NCBI RefSeq assembly: GCF_040938485.1
Contig: NW_027271075.1
Span: 496,001-560,000, forward strand
Reading direction: 5' to 3'
From: Diadema antillarum
Lineage: Eukaryota
DNA length: 64,000 nucleotides
The translations under genes were made by a program, and so were the position numbers. Below are positions 1 to 12,390 of the stretch, piece after piece. The first letter of the stretch is position 1, and every line of letters begins with the position of its first letter. Under the pieces are notes generated by a model that was given only the letters and a program-made list of their open reading frames with translations, made no database searches and was not told the origin of the DNA.

Positions 1-123
1 GGAGAGTCTGGGCGCACACCTCGGAGGCGTCGCAGATGGCGGTGAGGTCGTAACCCCCCTCCAGGGCTAGCACCACTCGCCCATTGGCCAGACCCATCAG
101 CTTCCGGGTCATGTAGGCAAAAC
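1..123 (-). CDS. HDAC4: HDAC class IIa exon, truncated by the window edge: (C)[40 protein letters not shown]
   Basis: Acceptor ctgcag at 129-124; phase 1 joins the previous exon; matches the class IIa segment [27 protein letters not shown]. Confidence 0.96.
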
Positions 124-633
124 CTGCAGGACAGGGACGGGCAGAAGGAAAACATGAATAAATTGCTTTTTGTCTTGATTACTTTCCCCCTGCCAAATTC
201 AGCATTTACATAACATTACATGCATTACTACACATTAAAAAAAATACAATAACAGTACCTCTACAAGAACACTAATCACTGGTAAAAAAGATATCATTGT
301 AATTTACTGATGCACAGTTATTTGCCATGGTGCATACAGACACAAATCTAATAAAAGTGGTAATAACAAGGTATGTATTCTCGTAAGGATTGACATCAAA
401 GTGGAAAAAAAACCCCACCCAAAAACATATTTGTTCTGATTTCTCATCATAAGCTCAGAAAGGAGTTTGATTACACAAAAGATACATTCAGGACTACTTC
501 ATTCCATCTTCCTCTGTCCACTGTCCACTGTCTTCAAAGTTACCATCATCACTATCATTATCATCATCATCATCATTATCTTTGCTATCATTCTTACACC
601 AAGACCCCCATTTTGTCACACCCCTCTACTCAC

Positions 634-752
634 ATGCTGGGGTAACCTTGTATCCGCCGAGAGGGTTGGGATGGCCGTTTGCTGCGTCGAAGCCAGCCGA
701 CACTAAGACCACATCAGGGGAGAACTCCTGGGCGATCGGTAGCACCACAGAT
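634..752 (-). CDS. HDAC4: HDAC exon: (R)[39 protein letters not shown]
   Basis: ccag acceptor, gtgagt donor, 119 nt, phase 2 to 1; contains the Zn-ligand Asp of GFDA. Confidence 0.96.
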
Positions 753-1416
753 CTGGACAGACGTGAGGGCAAGTTTGATTATACAAATTTATAAACTATG
801 CCCATCTTTTCAATGTAACAACTAAGAGCATTGTACATGTATGTTGTATGTATGACTGTTAGATACGGAACAGCTTGATTGAAACAAAATTTGGAACACA
901 CACTCACATGAGCCGTTACTATGTACTAGTAAATGGAAAATACACAAAAGACACAGAAGAATGTGTATATACATCATCATAATGTTTATAAAACAAAATC
1001 ATTGCAGTGTCAAACAACTCTTCATCTCTACCCAAAAATAAATGAAAAGATATTATGTGCAACAATGCATAAGGTAGAGAAATCTTTGCCTATGTACTAA
1101 AAAAAAAAAAAAAAAAAGAAATTCTACATATTCTGCAGGGACAAGTCAAAAAAAAAAAATGCACATTCAGGCCTCATTCAAACACATACAGATGTACAAA
1201 GAAGAAGAAAAAAAAGTTACGCAAACATTACCAACTCTGACAAGCCAATCAAATTGCAGTATAATCAAGATTTCCATTAAAAACTATACCATATATGAAG
1301 GCGCTTTTCCAAGAAAAAAAAAAGAGAAAAATCTGAGATTTCGTTAAGTGTTGTAGCAAGGGCCAAGGCCATTGCATATCATGTCGATTTGTAAGGCAAC
1401 GTGAGGGCGCTCTCAC

Positions 1417-1514
1417 CTGAATGCCGCAATGTACTCCACGTCCCCCATGGGTGGATTCAGTCCGCCGTGGAAGGCGATGTTCACGTTGCTACCAAGGCCA
1501 GCTCCACACCCGCA
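1417..1514 (-). CDS. HDAC4: HDAC exon: [32 protein letters not shown](R)
   Basis: acag acceptor, gtgaga donor, 98 nt, phase 0 to 2. Confidence 0.96.
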
Positions 1515-2194
1515 CTGTCGTCAAACGTGGGAAGAAAACAGTGAGGTAATAGAGATAAGGCAAGTGGTGGGTGGCTGCCATAATGATCTTAATGCGCTGC
1601 TGCGATGAAGAATAGCATTAACTTGCTAACTACATCACATCTTCTATCAGCTAGTACACTGTTATGGACGTATACAGATACAAGTAAAATGTTACAGGCA
1701 TTAATTTCTCTCTCTGTTTAAGTGGAAACTTGCCTCACGGAAATCCTCCAATGAAGGAACCATTATCTCTCTTGTTTGATTGGAAATCACGTTGCCCAAA
1801 ATCATGATAAAGTCTGGTGATGAAGGAACAATTTCATCTCTCTCTCTTTTTGTAACAGGAAACTTCCTTCGCCAAAGTCAAATGACAATGCACACTAAAA
1901 GTACTACATTCTCTGATATTAATCGATCTCTCGATTTTTTTTTTGGTTTAATTTTACTTTTTATACTTCAACTCTTGAATACGACATCACATTATCAGAG
2001 CTATTAACATACGTTCTTGCATAGAGCAAATTCTTTCTGTCTACGAGAATTATGTTAACACAATTTGGTAAGACATATCCTCTTTCCAATGAAAAAAGAA
2101 AGAAATAATGATGTCTTTTTTTTAACCCCCCCCCCCCTAAAAAAACACCCCACAAAACAAAACAAAAACCTGTGGCAGCAAAATGTGCTCCTAC

Positions 2195-2314
2195 CTCATC
2201 TGGGGCTCCCGTTCCTGGAAAGAAGTTGCCATTGTCATGACGATGCAATGAGATGTACAGTACATGGGGGTCCTCATAGAAAATCTTCTGCGTTGAGTTA
2301 CCGTGGTGAACATC
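2195..2314 (-). CDS. HDAC4: HDAC exon: [40 protein letters not shown]
   Basis: ccag acceptor, gtagga donor, 120 nt, phase 0 to 0; Zn-binding DVHH and FFPG motifs. Confidence 0.97.
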
Positions 2315-2535
2315 CTGGTTAGAGACAGAGACAAAGATATATTATTAAAGTGTGATTTGAGATCAGCTTATCTATCAAACACCAATCTGATATCTTTTTT
2401 TTTTAAGGTAAGTGATGAGAACAACAGTCAAAACCTTGAATTTTGATGAAACTCTCCATTTTCTATTTGGCCACTGATTTGGAAAAATTGCATACATCCG
2501 TTCAAGAGAGCACCATGATCACAAAAAAGTCTTAC

Positions 2536-2733
2536 CCAGTCCACGATGAGGATCTTGTTGAGTTTGAGCTTGAGCCGGAGCTGCTTGGCGGCGATGGCCA
2601 CTGAGTTGAAGAAGCAGAAGCCCATGGCCTGGGCCACCTCGGCGTGGTGGCCCGGGGGCCGCACGATGGCGAAGCCATTCTTGAGCTCGCCCGTCGCCAC
2701 GAGGAAAGCCAGCTGTATGACGGCTCCGGCCGC
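2536..2733 (-). CDS. HDAC4: HDAC exon: AAGAVIQLAFLVATGELKNGFAIVRPPGHHAEVAQAMGFCFFNSVAIAAKQLRLKLKLNKILIVDW
   Basis: tccag acceptor, gtaaga donor, 198 nt; catalytic His dyad PPGHHA. Confidence 0.98.
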
Positions 2734-3187
2734 CTGGAGATGGTGACGCGGGCAAGGGGAGAAAAAAGAGGGAGAGTGTCACATTTGCATCGTACTCAAT
2801 TTCTTTCCATACCAGAGTAGATTTAGGGCACAGAGTATAGCGTACCTCATGTGTTTCCCTGTCTGGCTACAGTTATTTGAATCCCCACTATCATTTCTTT
2901 GCCCGTTGCCACACACACTGGAGTCAATTGTTTATAGATACACATAGGCATGATACGAATTAGTCTTCAAAACAAAGAAACGTCTTTGAGTATCACAAGC
3001 TACAGCATCAAACACTCATAGAGCAATTGATTATTTATACATAGAGTTCACAATAATGGGCTGCTTTTGATCATGGGAAGATGAATGGGGAGAGGGTCGA
3101 TATGCAATTGGGCGGGGATATTCCCCAACTAGTGCAGTATGAACAAATCCTATGAAAGTGCAAGCAAAGACTGGAATCCCTTCTCAC

Positions 3188-3291
3188 CATTCTGACTGCT
3201 CCCGGTGACTGGATGTCATGCCAAACTGTGTCTGTATCCACTCCGAGGCCTCCACACTGCAGCCAGGTGAAATTCAACTTTGGTATGCACG
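3188..3291 (-). CDS. HDAC4: HDAC exon: (A)CIPKLNFTWLQCGGLGVDTDTVWHDIQSPGAVRM
   Basis: ttccag acceptor, gtgaga donor, 104 nt, phase 1 to 0; class IIa CGGxGVDxDT motif. Confidence 0.95.
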
Positions 3292-4027
3292 CTGGAAGAC
3301 AGAGAACATGCCAAAGATATCAGAAAAGTCATGGGTCTTCTTTACAGACCTGTTTTGGTTTGGTTGCTATGTTAGTGTATATTTCAGCAATAACAGGGGG
3401 GGGGGGGGGGGGGGGGGCTTCAGTACCTATAAACAATCATTGATTTATGCACCGATACATAACATTGTACCTGACTCATTTAATAACCCACTGAATCATA
3501 TTTTTTTCTTTTTTATTGGAACCCCTCCACGTATGGCTGGCATCAATTACAGTGTTTTAAAACCTCATAAGTCTCTAGGGAACAGCTGAGGCATTCACAT
3601 CCTGTTAATCCACAAGCTTCGTATCCAACATGTGCGGGATAAACTTCAAAACTGCCTGTTTGCCTAATAGGGAGAACAGAAACTAGTGAATATGGACAAA
3701 CTGCCTCTGACTGGTAAATACACTGACCTAAACAAAAGATACATCCAGCCTCAGAAATCTCACAAAACTCTTATACTCATGTAATACTCGTGTATGGCAA
3801 GTCTCAAATAGGTCCAATCCCGCTGTAAGTTGAGAATTAAGTGCAACAAAGTAAATGAAAATGAAACTGGCAGTGAAGGCAGAATGGACCATAACCTTTT
3901 GCCATCCTTACTTTAAGTTTTGCTATCAGAAGAGGATGCAGAATGATTTGAAAGTGTCCCAGACATCCATGGATGCATCACAGCATGTACAACGTGAAAA
4001 CGGTAAAAATGGGCACAGCGGACTCAC

Positions 4028-4095
4028 CCAGTTTGCGACTGTCTAACTTGGACTTGTGAGTGTGGCTCGTACCAAAGAACAACGAGTAACCTTCA
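4028..4095 (-). CDS. HDAC4: HDAC exon: (S)EGYSLFFGTSHTHKSKLDSRKL
   Basis: aacag acceptor, gtgagt donor, 68 nt, phase 2 to 1; resembles SEAHTLLYGT..KLDSKKL. Absent from the ORF track. Confidence 0.92.
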
Positions 4096-4552
4096 CTGTT
4101 TGGGGAGGATGAGGGTCAAAATGGAAAGAATACATATGATTATTCAAGTGTGTATTATGTACAACAAAAATGTAAATGCTGTGATTCAGACAGGGCTTAC
4201 TTGAACTCGAAATGACTATATTTAGTCACTTAGCGACTGTAGCAACATCATTCTGGTACAGACACGATTCTATGAAATGTCCTTTGAAAATAAGTCTTGG
4301 TCAATCATTCTACTTTTTTGGGGTGACATTTTTCTTAATTGTTGGCAGTTCATACATTTACCTTTGCATGCACAATATCTTTAAAGCAACGCACTTTTAA
4401 TTTGATATAAAAACACCACTTTCTGTTTCTAATCCTATATACGTCATAGGAACACCAATCCATACATTTGCTAAATAGTACATACGACCATTCTCAAGTG
4501 TAATGATATTGTCCTAATGAGTTCGTAGGTTGCAGGAACAATCTGTACTTAC

Positions 4553-4602
4553 CTATGGCAAGATTGAAGCTCATCTAACGTTGCTTTCCTTGTCCGAATA
4601 CG
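4553..4602 (-). CDS. HDAC4: HDAC exon: RIRTRKATLDELQSCH(S)
   Basis: ctttag acceptor, gtaagt donor, 50 nt, phase 0 to 2; matches IRGRKATLEELQTVHS. Confidence 0.93.
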
Positions 4603-5159
4603 CTAAAGTGGATGGGAGAAAGGAGTTGGATATCTTGTGTAAGAAACATCTTAAGCAATTTCAATAATTCAATATCATCATCAGGCACACAAGCAGAATA
4701 TGGCTGCTGGGAATTCATGCCCAAAAAGGTTGGATGAGTAGATGCAAGAGGCTGTTCGGAGGTTCAATGACATTACTGCTGTCATCATCACCATTACCAC
4801 CAATATAACCATTTGCCATCATCACCACTGACATCATCATCAATATAATCATCACTACATCACCATTTTCCAAATGTCATTACTGCAGTCATCTTTCCTC
4901 TTCCATCATCAACTTCAACAGAAACAACCCTAGTTACCACGGCAACCTCAATACTGGGATTTTGCCACACCCGCCTCACATTTTTCCTTCCTCTTTCTTA
5001 TCATCATAATTGTTACTGTTGATATCATCACCATCATCATTATCAACATCAATATGAATTGCATCAACCTTTTCCAAATGGCAAAGATGCAATGACCTGC
5101 CCACTTCATCCATCAACTACTACAGACACAAAATTGGTTGCCACAGCAACCTCAATACC

Positions 5160-5360
5160 ATGTCTTGACCCCACCCATCTCTCTTTCTCCTTCCTCCTCC
5201 TCCTCCCTTCTTCCTCTCCACCTGCTCCTTCTCATCCTCCTCCTCCTCTTCCTCTTCTTTCTCATCTTCCTCATAATCCTCCTACTTTTCTTATTTCTCC
5301 TCCTCCTTCTCATCATCCTCCTACTTTTCTTCTTCTTCCTCCTCCTCCTCCTCCCCTGTC
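5160..5360. repeat. Low-complexity (CCT/CTT)n pyrimidine tract
   Basis: Visible trinucleotide-like runs; explains the spurious ORFs at 5059-5661. Confidence 0.85.
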
Positions 5361-5376
5361 CACCCCGCCCTCTCAC

Positions 5377-5510
5377 CTCGCATCTATTGACAATGCCCCG
5401 TTCGTGCAGCCTGGCCCATATGCTCTGGAGGCGGCCGGGATGCTCTGGATGGTTCTGGTTATTACCGCACAGGCACTGGTGTTTCAACATCAGAGTGTCG
5501 TAGGCGAGAC
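5377..5510 (-). CDS. HDAC4: HDAC exon, start of the deacetylase domain: (G)[44 protein letters not shown]
   Basis: aaag acceptor, gtgaga donor, 134 nt; class IIa structural-zinc residues HQCxC..H. Confidence 0.97.
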
Positions 5511-7461
5511 CTTTATGAATTTGGAGAAAGGCACAATATACATTAATATTGACCTCACAAATTTGAATTGCAAGCACTGAGTCAAAAGGCGTTTCATACA
5601 TATACTTGTACAAAATAGTATAAAGGAGCTCACAGCTCGGACATGCGCACATGCAAAACAAAGGTCAAATGAGAATGTTTGTGTATTTGCCACTGACTTT
5701 AAAACAACAACAAAAAAAGAATCCTCACGCAAATGAGGATCTGGAATGTTAAGTTATGTGTTTCACACTGGTTTAATAGATAGCACATAGAGGTGACAGT
5801 CATTAATCAATAATGTTCAAAAAAAGCTCTCTATGCATTTCATTTTTACATTGATTACAAAGATGCTTCAACAAAGAATGCTTCATCACAAATCCTTTCC
5901 ATGCTATTTGAAACTCTATGGCGTGGGGGGTCAAATGAAACATGCCCTATTAACTATGAACTCCCAATATTCAAATGCAACTCAATACATATATATTCAC
6001 AAGCATCGTTCATCGAGAGCGATTCATTCACAAGCATTAAAATGTTTGGGTTCAGAGCGATGACCTCATTCCATTGTCGGCTCATTCGTCACATGCAGTT
6101 AAGTGGAAAATGAAACGGCCGAGTTTTGAAATGGTATCAAGAGGGAAATTGCCATCAATTAATCACATCGGAGTTGGCAATTAATTCCAGGTACTCCTAA
6201 ACCAAAAATCTCCCGGCGATTGTTTTGTTTTTTTCTTTCTTTCCTTCCTCCTCTGTTTCCAGGTACTCCTCTACTTTACCTTCCACCACTCACACTATCC
6301 CGTATGCGTCTAGATGTGAAAGTTGACGTACTCAAATCGATGCGCATGATAATTGTGTGTGTTGTGGGTGTACATTGTGTTTGAGTTTTCATTTAATTTT
6401 GTTTGAAAACAATGCATCGCAATGTCTGTGTAGTCAAACCTCATCTGACTGGAGTAGATGGCATATTTAGCATACATGTACTCATGCACTAAACATCTCA
6501 CATTAGCAGGACAAGGAAGCTAAAGGAAGAGGCCTTTTACATCTTATATGTTTTACATGTACCTATTTCTTTCTTCTGTACCACCTCAGATGTTAGTATA
6601 TGCAGAGAAAACAGAAACTTCAAAGTTATGATGTTGGCATTTCATGCAGCTAATTTTAGCTTACAAAGAAAGGGGGAGAAACCTACATAGCACAAAAAAT
6701 ATTCCAGATTCTAATTCTCAGAAGTTCCCTGGTAAATGGATGTGGATTTTTACAGAGAGAAGTGGACAACCATTTCCTCAATTTTCACTTTTGATTGCTC
6801 TTCGCTCCTTAATGACATCACTCTTTCTATCAGCTTTGGCAGGGGTCCATGGCAAATGACCCTGAACTGCATTATGGCATAAGAATGCTGTGAGAGAGTT
6901 TATGATTACATTATACTTTGATTAGCCAAGTACAAATGGATCCCTTTTCACTTAATGACACAAGACATGCTTTCAGCATTTGTCACTTGACCTTAGCTAC
7001 TCCCTCCAAAACTGTACGAGTAACAGTGAATCCTTCCAATTGCGTCAACGACTTTGATACACTGTAAACGTGACACAACAAATCCGTACTTGGTTTGATG
7101 ACGGACTTTACTATTTACGACATTGCATTTGGGATGTACACAATCTGCTTTAAAATTTCCAACACTCATATTTTAAAACAACACAGATGGCACTGTATGA
7201 AAATGGTGATAGATAACTTGCAATTACATAATAGTTACATATTCAAATTGGAAATCAAATTGAGTTGGAAATGAAATGGTTAATATTACATCATTACTAC
7301 AATGTGTGACTGATTACTTCATTCAGCTGAATATTTGATTAGATTCATCCGAATATTTGATTAGATACCAACGGAATGCGTAAGTTCAAGCGCATGCAGA
7401 CTCACGGCTTGGTGATATCAAGGAGCATGAAAATATTGCTCCACACATCTCCATTCATATG

Positions 7462-7560
7462 CACACTTACGGCATGCAGGGGGCGTGGCACTCGTACACA
7501 CACTTACGGCATGCAGGGGGCGTGGCACTTGTACACACACTTCAATACGGCATGCAGGAG
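7462..7560 (+). repeat. 37-bp tandem repeat, about 2.5 copies
   Basis: cttacggcatgcagggggcgtggcact recurs at 7466 and 7503, with a partial third copy near 7546. Confidence 0.9.
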
Positions 7561-9250
7561 GGAGGAATCTACAAACAAATGAACACTACATGCTGGGCAC
7601 CACTGCATCACGGACTTCACGACCGAGCTGCTTTTTGCACAGGCAACGATCCGCCTGTCTGGTTTTATATTGACGGCAAATAATGATGGTGAATGAATTG
7701 CAAGCATATTGGGACGCAGTGTGTGGGATGTGTTTGATAGATGAAAGAGAAAATAGAAGGCACGATGGGCAAAGGAATTGTTCATGGAAATGAAGAGAGG
7801 GGGACATATGATTTGAACTTCATCAGCAACGTTCTAGAAACCACAAAATAAATTGAAGGGAAATATAAGTGCACAGGATGATCTGTTAAAAGACAGGTCA
7901 CACATACTTGAAAGAAGAGGTGAGTGGTTGGAAAAAAACCCACATTTTGTCTCGAAGGACAGTGGTAGTATTTGAAATCACTGCTTAAAGTTTTGTTGTT
8001 GTTTTATGTGGGGGGATGAAGAGATATCAGTGGACAATTTACTAATAGAAAGGAAACAGAAAAACACTCATCATTTTAGAATTTTCACAGGAGCTGTCTA
8101 AAGGGATATCTCGCTTCTAGATGCAGCAAATCAGCATCGGAGAACAAAGAGAGGGAGAAAGAGAAAAAAGCCACTTGATCATGATCAAAGAAAAGTCTGT
8201 TACGAGTAGTGGCCAACCAAATCTGTAAGCATTTTTAAAATTGTTGTACATGCATGCCCTCACGGCTTCAGATGGTCAAGCGATTTGATCTGGGTTTGAA
8301 GGTGTGAGTGTCTCATTCGCCTATGAGATGGGAGGAGGGGGGGGGGGGCACAAAATATCCCCCTCCCCTGCAACCCTACTCCTCCTTTAGAGTCGTACAG
8401 GCATAGGACAATAATTATTGCACCTTAAGGCAAGGCCATGTGTTACATGCAGCAGCTGTCTAATGCAGATGAATAGGAAGCATATGAAAAAAAAAAAAAA
8501 TAATAAAGACAACCGACAGAAAAAAAAAAAAAAAAATCACCAGAGTGTCAATGCACTTTAGAGCTCTGTATGAGACTGGTAACAATGTCCAGTGAGTGTC
8601 CAACTTTACAAGGAATCTGGGTTTTATGAGGTCCAGTCACGCATAGAAAGGGAAACCCCCTGATGTCCAGATAACAACCACATAACCATAATTACATTTC
8701 ACTTTCATTTCACGGGCTCAAGACCAAACTTTATAATGCAATTAAATATTTTATTGACTGCCCAATCCCCAACATTGGCTTGTGATTGTGCATGGATATC
8801 TTCACCAAAGTAATGGTCAGCTTTTACAACATGTTTCTATTCCTAATGGACTGCAAACTTCCCCACTTTGACAAATGACTGGATGTCTATGACAAAGTAC
8901 TTGTGGCAATAAACGCAAAACACTGCGCCAGGTCTTTTAAAAGTTTGTCCAAGTATTAAAGAGAGACCTTGAAGATCACAATAACACACTACCTTTGTTA
9001 ATGTGATGCCCTGCCTACCCTCCCCCAATGTTTTCTATTCAGCAGATATCGGTGGCATGGCAAAGGAAGAGTGTGTGGCTGTTAACCGAAGCATGCAACA
9101 ACAGCAACGATGAAACATTTGGTATACATTCTCAAGAGAGCAAGTCATGCAAGGGCTGGCAGACAAAATAGGAAATGCTGAAGCGGGGTAAGGAGTGCAT
9201 GGAGGGGGTGCATGGGGTGTGGGGAGGGGGGAAAGAGTGCGTATGTATAC

Positions 9251-9364
9251 CGGTGGTGAACTTGTATTTCGTGAGGGTGTGGTCGTTGAGCGCCAAGGAG
9301 GGAATGCTGGACGCAGCGGGCGAGCTGCGCACTCGCATCAGTGGACGGTGACCCCCAATGAGCC
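9251..9364 (-). CDS. HDAC4: HDAC exon: LIGGHRPLMRVRSSPAASSIPSLALNDHTLTKYKFTT(G)
   Basis: ttccag acceptor, gtatac donor, 114 nt, phase 1 to 1; 14-3-3 site equivalent to human S632 (HRPLSRAQSSP). Confidence 0.93.
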
Positions 9365-10599
9365 CTGGAAGAAACACACATGGTGGTCACAATGCAGACA
9401 GGTAGGCGAGGTGATGCAGGGAGTATCAAAGGAGGAGGGGGGGGGTGGGGAGAAGAACGAGGAGGAAGAGGACAAGAGATAGAAAACATGGGTGAATGCA
9501 ACCACACAGATAGTAATGTGTTTGTGTGTAAGTGTGTGTGTGTGTGTATGCATGTGAGAGAGAGATAGAGAGAAATATATATGTGTGGAGACAGAGAGTT
9601 AGGTGGGGGGGGGGGGGGGGGAGGGGAGAGAAAGAGATGTACAGATGGAGACACAGATAGAGGAATAGATATATAGATTGAGAGATAGAGATACCAAAGG
9701 AGAGAGATAGAGATTTTCAAGAATATAATTACAGACAGACAGCCAAACAGATTAATAAGGGAGATAGCCACAAAAAGAACCCACTACACATCAAAATCCA
9801 ACACTTCTGCACGAGCGTGCCATCTTAACAGCTACACAATCAACGGATAATCAGTTACAATGACTGTGCGGAAACAATGCCGAGACTGCTTGTCAAAGAA
9901 TATATGCTATTATACAGGGTTCCATTCACACCACCCACAGACACATCGATACAGACAACGACACACACAGTGGTGTATGACTGACTACACACACAAGCTC
10001 TCTGATCACAACAAAGAGAGAATGCCATGCACACATCAATAGACAAGTAGTACACATCTGATCCCATACACTACTGTATATGCAGTCACAGAGATGAAAA
10101 GCAAATATGAGTACACACTGATAACACATTTTTCACACAAACAGGGATAATATGCATGATAAAGGATGAAAAATTTGTGGCATTTACACACATATTACAC
10201 ACAATGCTTGAAGAAAAGAAAAGAGGCAAAGGTTCAGCAAATGGCATTTGTATCCCTCTTTAGGGCTGATCTTTCAATAAGAAAGATATAAATATTTGGG
10301 ACGCTGCAAATTCATGCAGACTTACGCTCTTTTCACCATTCAAATGCAATGCAAAACTGGCTTGACAAACTAGATATCTCACCACATTGTCACATGCCAC
10401 TGCATTTTGTCAAACATTTGAAGTCCTTGCATATATTACATCTAACTTGTGCTTCGTCATACAGTCACACATGTACCTCCATCAGCCATCTTACATGGTT
10501 ACCTATAAGCTAGTGTCTGATGATAAAGGACTCCCAAGGACTATCCAGGTTTATAGCCTCTTCAGTGTTGTTACTGTTATACCAGAGGGCCCTGTCATT

Positions 10600-10760
10600 A
10601 TCATCACCCCAGTGGTGCCAGGTACCCTTTTTATACACCTTGGTTGAGAAGAAGTGGTGGGTAAAAACATCTTGTCCAAGGACATAAGCACTGAGTGGGA
10701 ATTAAACTCGGGTCCTTCGATTGGGAGTTGGGAGTGTTATGCACTAAGCAACAGCGCCCC
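10600..10760 (-). mobile_element. tRNA-derived SINE, degenerate (Meta/V/Deu-type body)
   Basis: Minus strand starts GGGGCGCTGTTGCTTAGTG with a decayed B-box, then gtccttggacaag...ctcaaccaaggtgtataaaaagggtacc, typical of metazoan SINE central domains. Confidence 0.65.
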
Positions 10761-11797
10761 CTCTAAAATAAGACGGGGTTTTGTTAACACTGGCTAGTTC
10801 AGTCTTCTACGCTCTGTGTGGAGACATCTTTACTATCCCACCCTCATTCTTAGAATTTGGAATTGACACATGGTTATGGGGCAGGGTAATTCTGATGTGC
10901 CTTTGCCTTATCAATGTAAAAAAGATGCACAGACAGACAGACAGACAGACACACACACACACACACACACACACACAAGCACACACAGAGGATGGATACG
11001 ACAAGACAATGTCATCAAAAATGGCTGCCAACGGCAACATATAAAACCAACAAAGAAATAGAATATAATAATGCACAGTCCCACAGTTTACAAAGCACAC
11101 TGAAGGAACTAATAATAGTTCAAATATGGTAAACTTGCATACAAATAAGCAAGCTAAATTACATTCAGGAAAAAAAAAGTTTAGTTTTTAATTGGAAACA
11201 CTTTGCTTTTGATGTATACTTTAATGAAGAAAACACAATAGTTAATACCCAACAGATGCACCACTCAGCAGCACTGATAAAGGCACATGAAGGACAGCAT
11301 GCCTGAAGTACACATTACCACATTTAACATTTAAAAACAACACACACTAAAAGTAGGTGACTGAATACAGTGTAGATGTGCGCTTAAAATGCACAAGCTT
11401 AAAGGAAATAGAATTTTTTCAGTTTTTTTTTAGCATCTCTCACCTGTTTTTGACATTGTTGATGACCTCATGACATCTAAATGGTCCTGCATTTGACAAA
11501 GGAGAAATATGTTCAAGGAGAAATTCAATAATAAAAGAGATCAACATTTGTTGAAAAGGAGATATGAAGAAAATATAATGCATAGATACACAAACTGAAT
11601 TAAACAGACAAAGAGAGGGAAAGAATTACAATATAAGAGTTCATCAACATATTTTGTTCTCTCACAGTCCAGCTATGGCTTTCATGTGTGACAAAGCAAG
11701 TTGTATAGATTTCAATTGTCATCAACTACTGACTACTCGAAAATGAGGCAAAGATGGCACTGTCTCCAAATTGCTGGGGGCTCTTGGCATGAATCCA

Positions 11798-12220
11798 NNN
11801 NNNNNNNNNNNNNNNNNNNNNNNNNNNNNNNNNNNNNNNNNNNNNNNNNNNNNNNNNNNNNNNNNNNNNNNNNNNNNNNNNNNNNNNNNNNNNNNNNNNN
11901 NNNNNNNNNNNNNNNNNNNNNNNNNNNNNNNNNNNNNNNNNNNNNNNNNNNNNNNNNNNNNNNNNNNNNNNNNNNNNNNNNNNNNNNNNNNNNNNNNNNN
12001 NNNNNNNNNNNNNNNNNNNNNNNNNNNNNNNNNNNNNNNNNNNNNNNNNNNNNNNNNNNNNNNNNNNNNNNNNNNNNNNNNNNNNNNNNNNNNNNNNNNN
12101 NNNNNNNNNNNNNNNNNNNNNNNNNNNNNNNNNNNNNNNNNNNNNNNNNNNNNNNNNNNNNNNNNNNNNNNNNNNNNNNNNNNNNNNNNNNNNNNNNNNN
12201 NNNNNNNNNNNNNNNNNNNN
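11798..12220. other. Assembly gap (423 N)
   Basis: N run. Confidence 1.
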
Positions 12221-12359
12221 ACCACTTCCCACATCAGACACAGGTTGCAACAGAACTTTAACCGACATCAACAACACACATATCTCCTGTCAGTTTAAGA
12301 TTACACTCTATCTACTCCAAATTGCACTAGTGCAGGTATTGTCTGGCATTGGATGGTTA

Positions 12360-12390
<31 letters not shown>

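Noticed and set aside
664-678. His in GHPNP as the vertebrate-type His substitution
   Set aside because: The diagnostic position is in LEGG(H/Y), which here is Tyr. This His is ordinarily conserved in class IIa.
11701-12298. ORF-track entries spanning N runs (also 17722-18249 and 27234-27542)
   Set aside because: Artefacts of translating assembly gaps as X.
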